The notes under the pieces: generated by a model | The model's database searches: none | Seen by the model: only the letters and a program-made list of their open reading frames with translations | Told to the model about the DNA's origin: nothing | Virus record (IMG/VR): IMGVR_UViG_3300005859_000008 | Coordinates: 1-26,564 of that record | DNA length: 26,564 nt | Reading direction: 5' to 3' (one strand) | Shown: piece by piece, positions 23,575 through 26,564 of the stretch | How positions within the stretch are numbered: position 1 is the first letter of the stretch | Layout of the letters: every line of letters begins with the position of its first letter | Program-made: the position numbers and the translations under genes

Positions 23575-24032
23575 TTTAACCATTTCACGAAAATTGGATG
23601 TCCAGTCCTGTTTGTCTTTCCTACTTCTTGAAATCCAGCTTTCTTGTACAAAGCGTTAGAATGACCTGGAAATCCCAAAGTCCATAGGACTTCAAATCCG
23701 TCATTCTTAAGTTTTTGTGATAAGTCAATTAGAAAATTTACAGCATAATCTCCTGGAGCTGTTTTCGTAACTCTTCTAATAAAATATGATCTGTCAGATG
23801 GAATATTATGATGTTGAGCTATATAACGGAAAGGAGTGTTGTCATGAAGCCAAGCTACAGCTACAATAAAATCTTGTTCTCCGTCGTTAGCTATATACAT
23901 GAAATATCTAGAATTTTTTCCAGCTCCCCCTCCCATTGGCATTTTTTGAGAATGATAATAGTTTATTAACATTCTAACAAATTTTATAGTTTTTTTATCT
24001 TCTGCCTCTTCAATTCTAAACTTAAGTTCCAT
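23571..24032 (-). CDS. GNAT-fold acetyltransferase, SIRV ORF154-like (Mom-like features; 153 aa)
   Basis: VAVAWL, FIRRV and NALYKKAGF GNAT motifs; size and synteny; TATATATTTGTC promoter. Confidence 0.85.
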   Translation of the reverse strand: MELKFRIEEAEDKKTIKFVRMLINYYHSQKMPMGGGAGKNSRYFMYIANDGEQDFIVAVAWLHDNTPFRYIAQHHNIPSDRSYFIRRVTKTAPGDYAVNFLIDLSQKLKNDGFEVLWTLGFPGHSNALYKKAGFQEVGKTNRTGHPIFVKWLK

Positions 24033-24142
24033 ATATTTTCAAAACAAATTATGACAAATATATACTTATTGTTGTGAATATAATTAGGACAAATTATGTT
24101 TTCTCTTTAAAATTTATGTAAGTTTTCAATAATATTTCAATT

Positions 24143-25555
24143 ATGGGAAAGAGAAGAGGTAATAGAAATATAGCATCTATGAAATATCATCTATACAATA
24201 AAGTGTTAAATAGAAAAAATTTCCCAGCTTTTTCTGTAATGTTTAACGCTGGAGTTGAATCTGTTCTTCCAACTCCGTTAGAGAATATTCAAGTTCCTCC
24301 TGGAATAAATACTAATTATGGAATTGCTTACGCTACAATTATTTCATCTTTACTTTCTGCATTAAACAATCTAGCAATTTCTACGTTTAACAAAAATACA
24401 AATGTGCAAAGTTTTCTAAAATTAGGACAAAGTTCAATATTCTATTCAAATTTTGGACAGATGTCTGGAATTGATTTCGTTAATAAATTCACACAGCTTT
24501 ATGATGATTATGTAGACCTTTGTCATGTCTTATATCAGCCAGCTGTATTTGATGAGACATATTTTGACCTCTCTGTCTTCCAGCCAGCTTTTGCTATTGA
24601 AAATAGAAATGAGGCATGTAAAAAGATAGAAAAATATTTTGATAGTTTAACACATTCAAATGTTTCTATAGATTTAACGACACTTGGTTTTGGATATACT
24701 AATATTCCAAATGTAGACAATTACTCATTTTCAAATATTCAAAATACTGGAATTTCAGATTTGTTAAATGCACTTAATTTAAATTTTAATCAACTTCCAG
24801 ATTTAGCTAAATTTATAGTCTCATTTATTCCAAATCTAAACGACATAATAAATAGTGGATTTGCTTTAGACGTCGGATGGTTAGACAGATGTGTTTTAGC
24901 TCCAGAAATCAAAGAAACTTCAAGTTACAAAGTACAACTTAGAAACGGCATGATTTTGCAAAACTTTGCTAATGTTTTCGGTATGGTTTTAGATTATGTT
25001 CCTCTTGACTTAGCAATTTTAATTCCAGAATTTAATCCAAATGATGTAACTCTTGACAATTTAATTTCTATATTAACAGCTGATAAAACTGTTATTTCTA
25101 TTTTCGGAAACCTATTCAAACTACATTTATATGACCCATCTCCTGGCGGAGTAAACATAACTTACAGTTCAGAAATTGAAAATTATGCTGTTTCATACCA
25201 ACAATATCTTCAAATACAAAAAGTTGTAAATAGAAAATATTCAAACGTTTGGTATGCTAAAATGATAGCCTCAGCAATTTTAGAAATTGCCAGATATCCG
25301 TATCAACAAAACTACAGTTATTCGACTGGAAAAAGGACACTTCCATATTCTGAGTTTTTGAATTATTGGAAAACAAAATGGAAATTCTACGGAGTTACAG
25401 ATGAAGATTTACAATTTGCTCAACAATATGGTGAGAAAATACAAGGACAAGCCAAAATAGAAAATTCCTTAAAATTAGCTCAAAAAAGTGCAAAAGCTAA
25501 AGAATATAAGCCAATCTTTTACTACAAAAACTTTAAAAATATAGCTCAGAGATAG
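24143..25555 (+). CDS. Minor structural protein, SIRV ORF486/488-like (470 aa)
   Basis: Basic N-terminus; repeated FD...D motifs; divergent from the GNAT gene as in SIRV. Confidence 0.88.
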   Translation: MGKRRGNRNIASMKYHLYNKVLNRKNFPAFSVMFNAGVESVLPTPLENIQVPPGINTNYGIAYATIISSLLSALNNLAISTFNKNTNVQSFLKLGQSSIFYSNFGQMSGIDFVNKFTQLYDDYVDLCHVLYQPAVFDETYFDLSVFQPAFAIENRNEACKKIEKYFDSLTHSNVSIDLTTLGFGYTNIPNVDNYSFSNIQNTGISDLLNALNLNFNQLPDLAKFIVSFIPNLNDIINSGFALDVGWLDRCVLAPEIKETSSYKVQLRNGMILQNFANVFGMVLDYVPLDLAILIPEFNPNDVTLDNLISILTADKTVISIFGNLFKLHLYDPSPGGVNITYSSEIENYAVSYQQYLQIQKVVNRKYSNVWYAKMIASAILEIARYPYQQNYSYSTGKRTLPYSEFLNYWKTKWKFYGVTDEDLQFAQQYGEKIQGQAKIENSLKLAQKSAKAKEYKPIFYYKNFKNIAQR

Positions 25556-25568
25556 AAAAAGTGAGATT

Positions 25569-25805
25569 ATGATAGTTAAAAAGAAAAAAGGTTGGAATTT
25601 TGACCCAAATACTTATAACAGAAAATTTTATATCCCTTACAAAATTAACAAGAAGAAGATTTTAGAAATATTAACTAGTTAGTTAAAAAAGATGATAGTC
25701 ATGAGAATTATAAAAGATGGAGAATAATACTATTTAGAAATAGAAAATAAAGATGATTTTGAAAAGTTAAAAAAAGATTTACTTAAGAAAATTGAGGAAA
25801 AATAA
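25569..25805 (+). pseudogene. Single reading frame with two in-frame stops (or two mini-ORFs)
   Basis: MIVKKKKGWNFDPNTYNRKFYIPYKINKKKILEILTS*LKKMIVMRIIKDGE*YYLEIENKDDFEKLKKDLLKKIEEK*. TAG at 25680 and TAA at 25725; GTGAG SD-like site. Confidence 0.5.
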
Positions 25806-25932
25806 AAAAGAAAAATAAGTTAAGATTTTTCAATTTTTATCATAAATAATTCACAAAGCAATATTCATTATATCATCAATATGACATATTAGATTTGTCT
25901 CTTTTTATTACAGATTTTGCAAAAAAATAATT

Positions 25933-26301
25933 ATGTCTATGAAAGATGAATTTTCAAATATTTTCGGAGCCGTAAGAATTGCAATAGACAAAATTAGAGA
26001 ACTAGAAAATAGAGGTCAAATTTACGGTCTATCTCGTTATCTATCACATTCAATTATTGTCCTAAAAAATGCAGAAATTCCTATGATAGTCGATATGTAT
26101 ATCCCAGGATTTACTTTCTATTTCCAGTTTCTTATAGCAAAAGATAAAAAAACTAACACAATCTTTATAGCAGATTTTCGTGTAGTTTATCCACAACCTT
26201 ACGCTAAACAAGTAGAATCAACAAATCAAAAATTCAAGGAAGATGAAAATCTTGATTTAGATAGTTTGAGAGATGAGATGGAGGGATTAGGGGATGAATG
26301 A
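25933..26301 (+). CDS. Conserved rudiviral protein, SIRV ORF110-like (122 aa)
   Basis: Synteny after the ORF488-like gene; upstream element shared with the 13027 and 17712 genes. Confidence 0.8.
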   Translation: MSMKDEFSNIFGAVRIAIDKIRELENRGQIYGLSRYLSHSIIVLKNAEIPMIVDMYIPGFTFYFQFLIAKDKKTNTIFIADFRVVYPQPYAKQVESTNQKFKEDENLDLDSLRDEMEGLGDE

Positions 26302-26515
26302 GATAACTCTTATTCTCACAGTAATTTCTACATTTGTAACTACATTATTCGCAATTGTTCAACTTTATATAAAGATAAAACAAGCTTTAAAAGATGCTGT
26401 AAAAGAAATAGTAAATTCTGAATTACAAAACTTAAAAATCCAGATTGAGGAGTTAAAGATAAATCAGAATGAGTTAAAGAAACAAATAGAAGAAATTAAA
26501 AAGAAATTGGACTAA
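26294..26515 (+). CDS. Small membrane-anchored coiled-coil protein (73 aa)
   Basis: N-terminal hydrophobic helix plus heptad repeat (LKIQIEELKINQNELKKQIEEIKKKL); overlaps the upstream ORF; GGAGGG SD. Confidence 0.8.
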   Translation: MNEITLILTVISTFVTTLFAIVQLYIKIKQALKDAVKEIVNSELQNLKIQIEELKINQNELKKQIEEIKKKLD

Positions 26516-26564
26516 AATCTCAAAATATTTTTTATTTGTCCTATTTTATTTTTTTATTTAAGTG

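Noticed and set aside
8441-24720. Track ORFs 8441-8644, 9744-9977, 11324-11578, 15083-15280, 17442-17639, 20571-20756, 21174-21440 and 24535-24720
   Set aside because: Antisense or alternate-frame overlaps of long conserved genes, with no motifs or expression signals.
1-26564. tRNA/rRNA genes, integrase, transposase or invertase
   Set aside because: No GC-rich structured RNA or recombinase motifs seen by eye.

Overview
A very AT-rich fragment of a linear crenarchaeal rudivirus genome (Rudiviridae, SIRV1/SIRV2-like, probably infecting Sulfolobales). It starts in or near a terminal repeat carrying the rudiviral AAATTCCT array and runs opposite to the usual SIRV2 orientation. Positions ~1.2-7.8 kb are an accessory arm of small early genes, many sitting in repeated promoter cassettes and plausibly anti-defence genes: a Gp1-like HTH protein, three Zn-ribbon paralogs, a possible antitoxin mimic and two acidic paralogs. 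A modification block follows: TGT-fold enzyme coupled to an APC permease, phage-type Dam methylase, two glycosyltransferases and an FkbM-like methyltransferase. The core virion/replication genes come next: ORF269-, ORF309/417-, ORF564-, ORF1070- and ORF488-like proteins, a Holliday junction resolvase and a GNAT. The most unusual items are (i) a stand-alone ATP-dependent RNA-ligase-type nucleotidyltransferase inserted in the tail-fibre block, (ii) a 149-bp ungapped inverted repeat bounding a 5-kb block and feeding two paralogous virion genes, (iii) a nested 60/24-bp in-frame hairpin insertion in the methyltransferase, (iv) a candidate multi-enzyme DNA-modification set (DpdA/TGT-like + permease, Dam, Mom-like GNAT), (v) the modular early-gene cassette array, including an empty cassette, and (vi) a structured, ORF-free 520-bp gap with divergent promoter-like motifs. 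Assignments to SIRV ORFs rest on motifs, size and synteny recalled from memory; no database searches were run.
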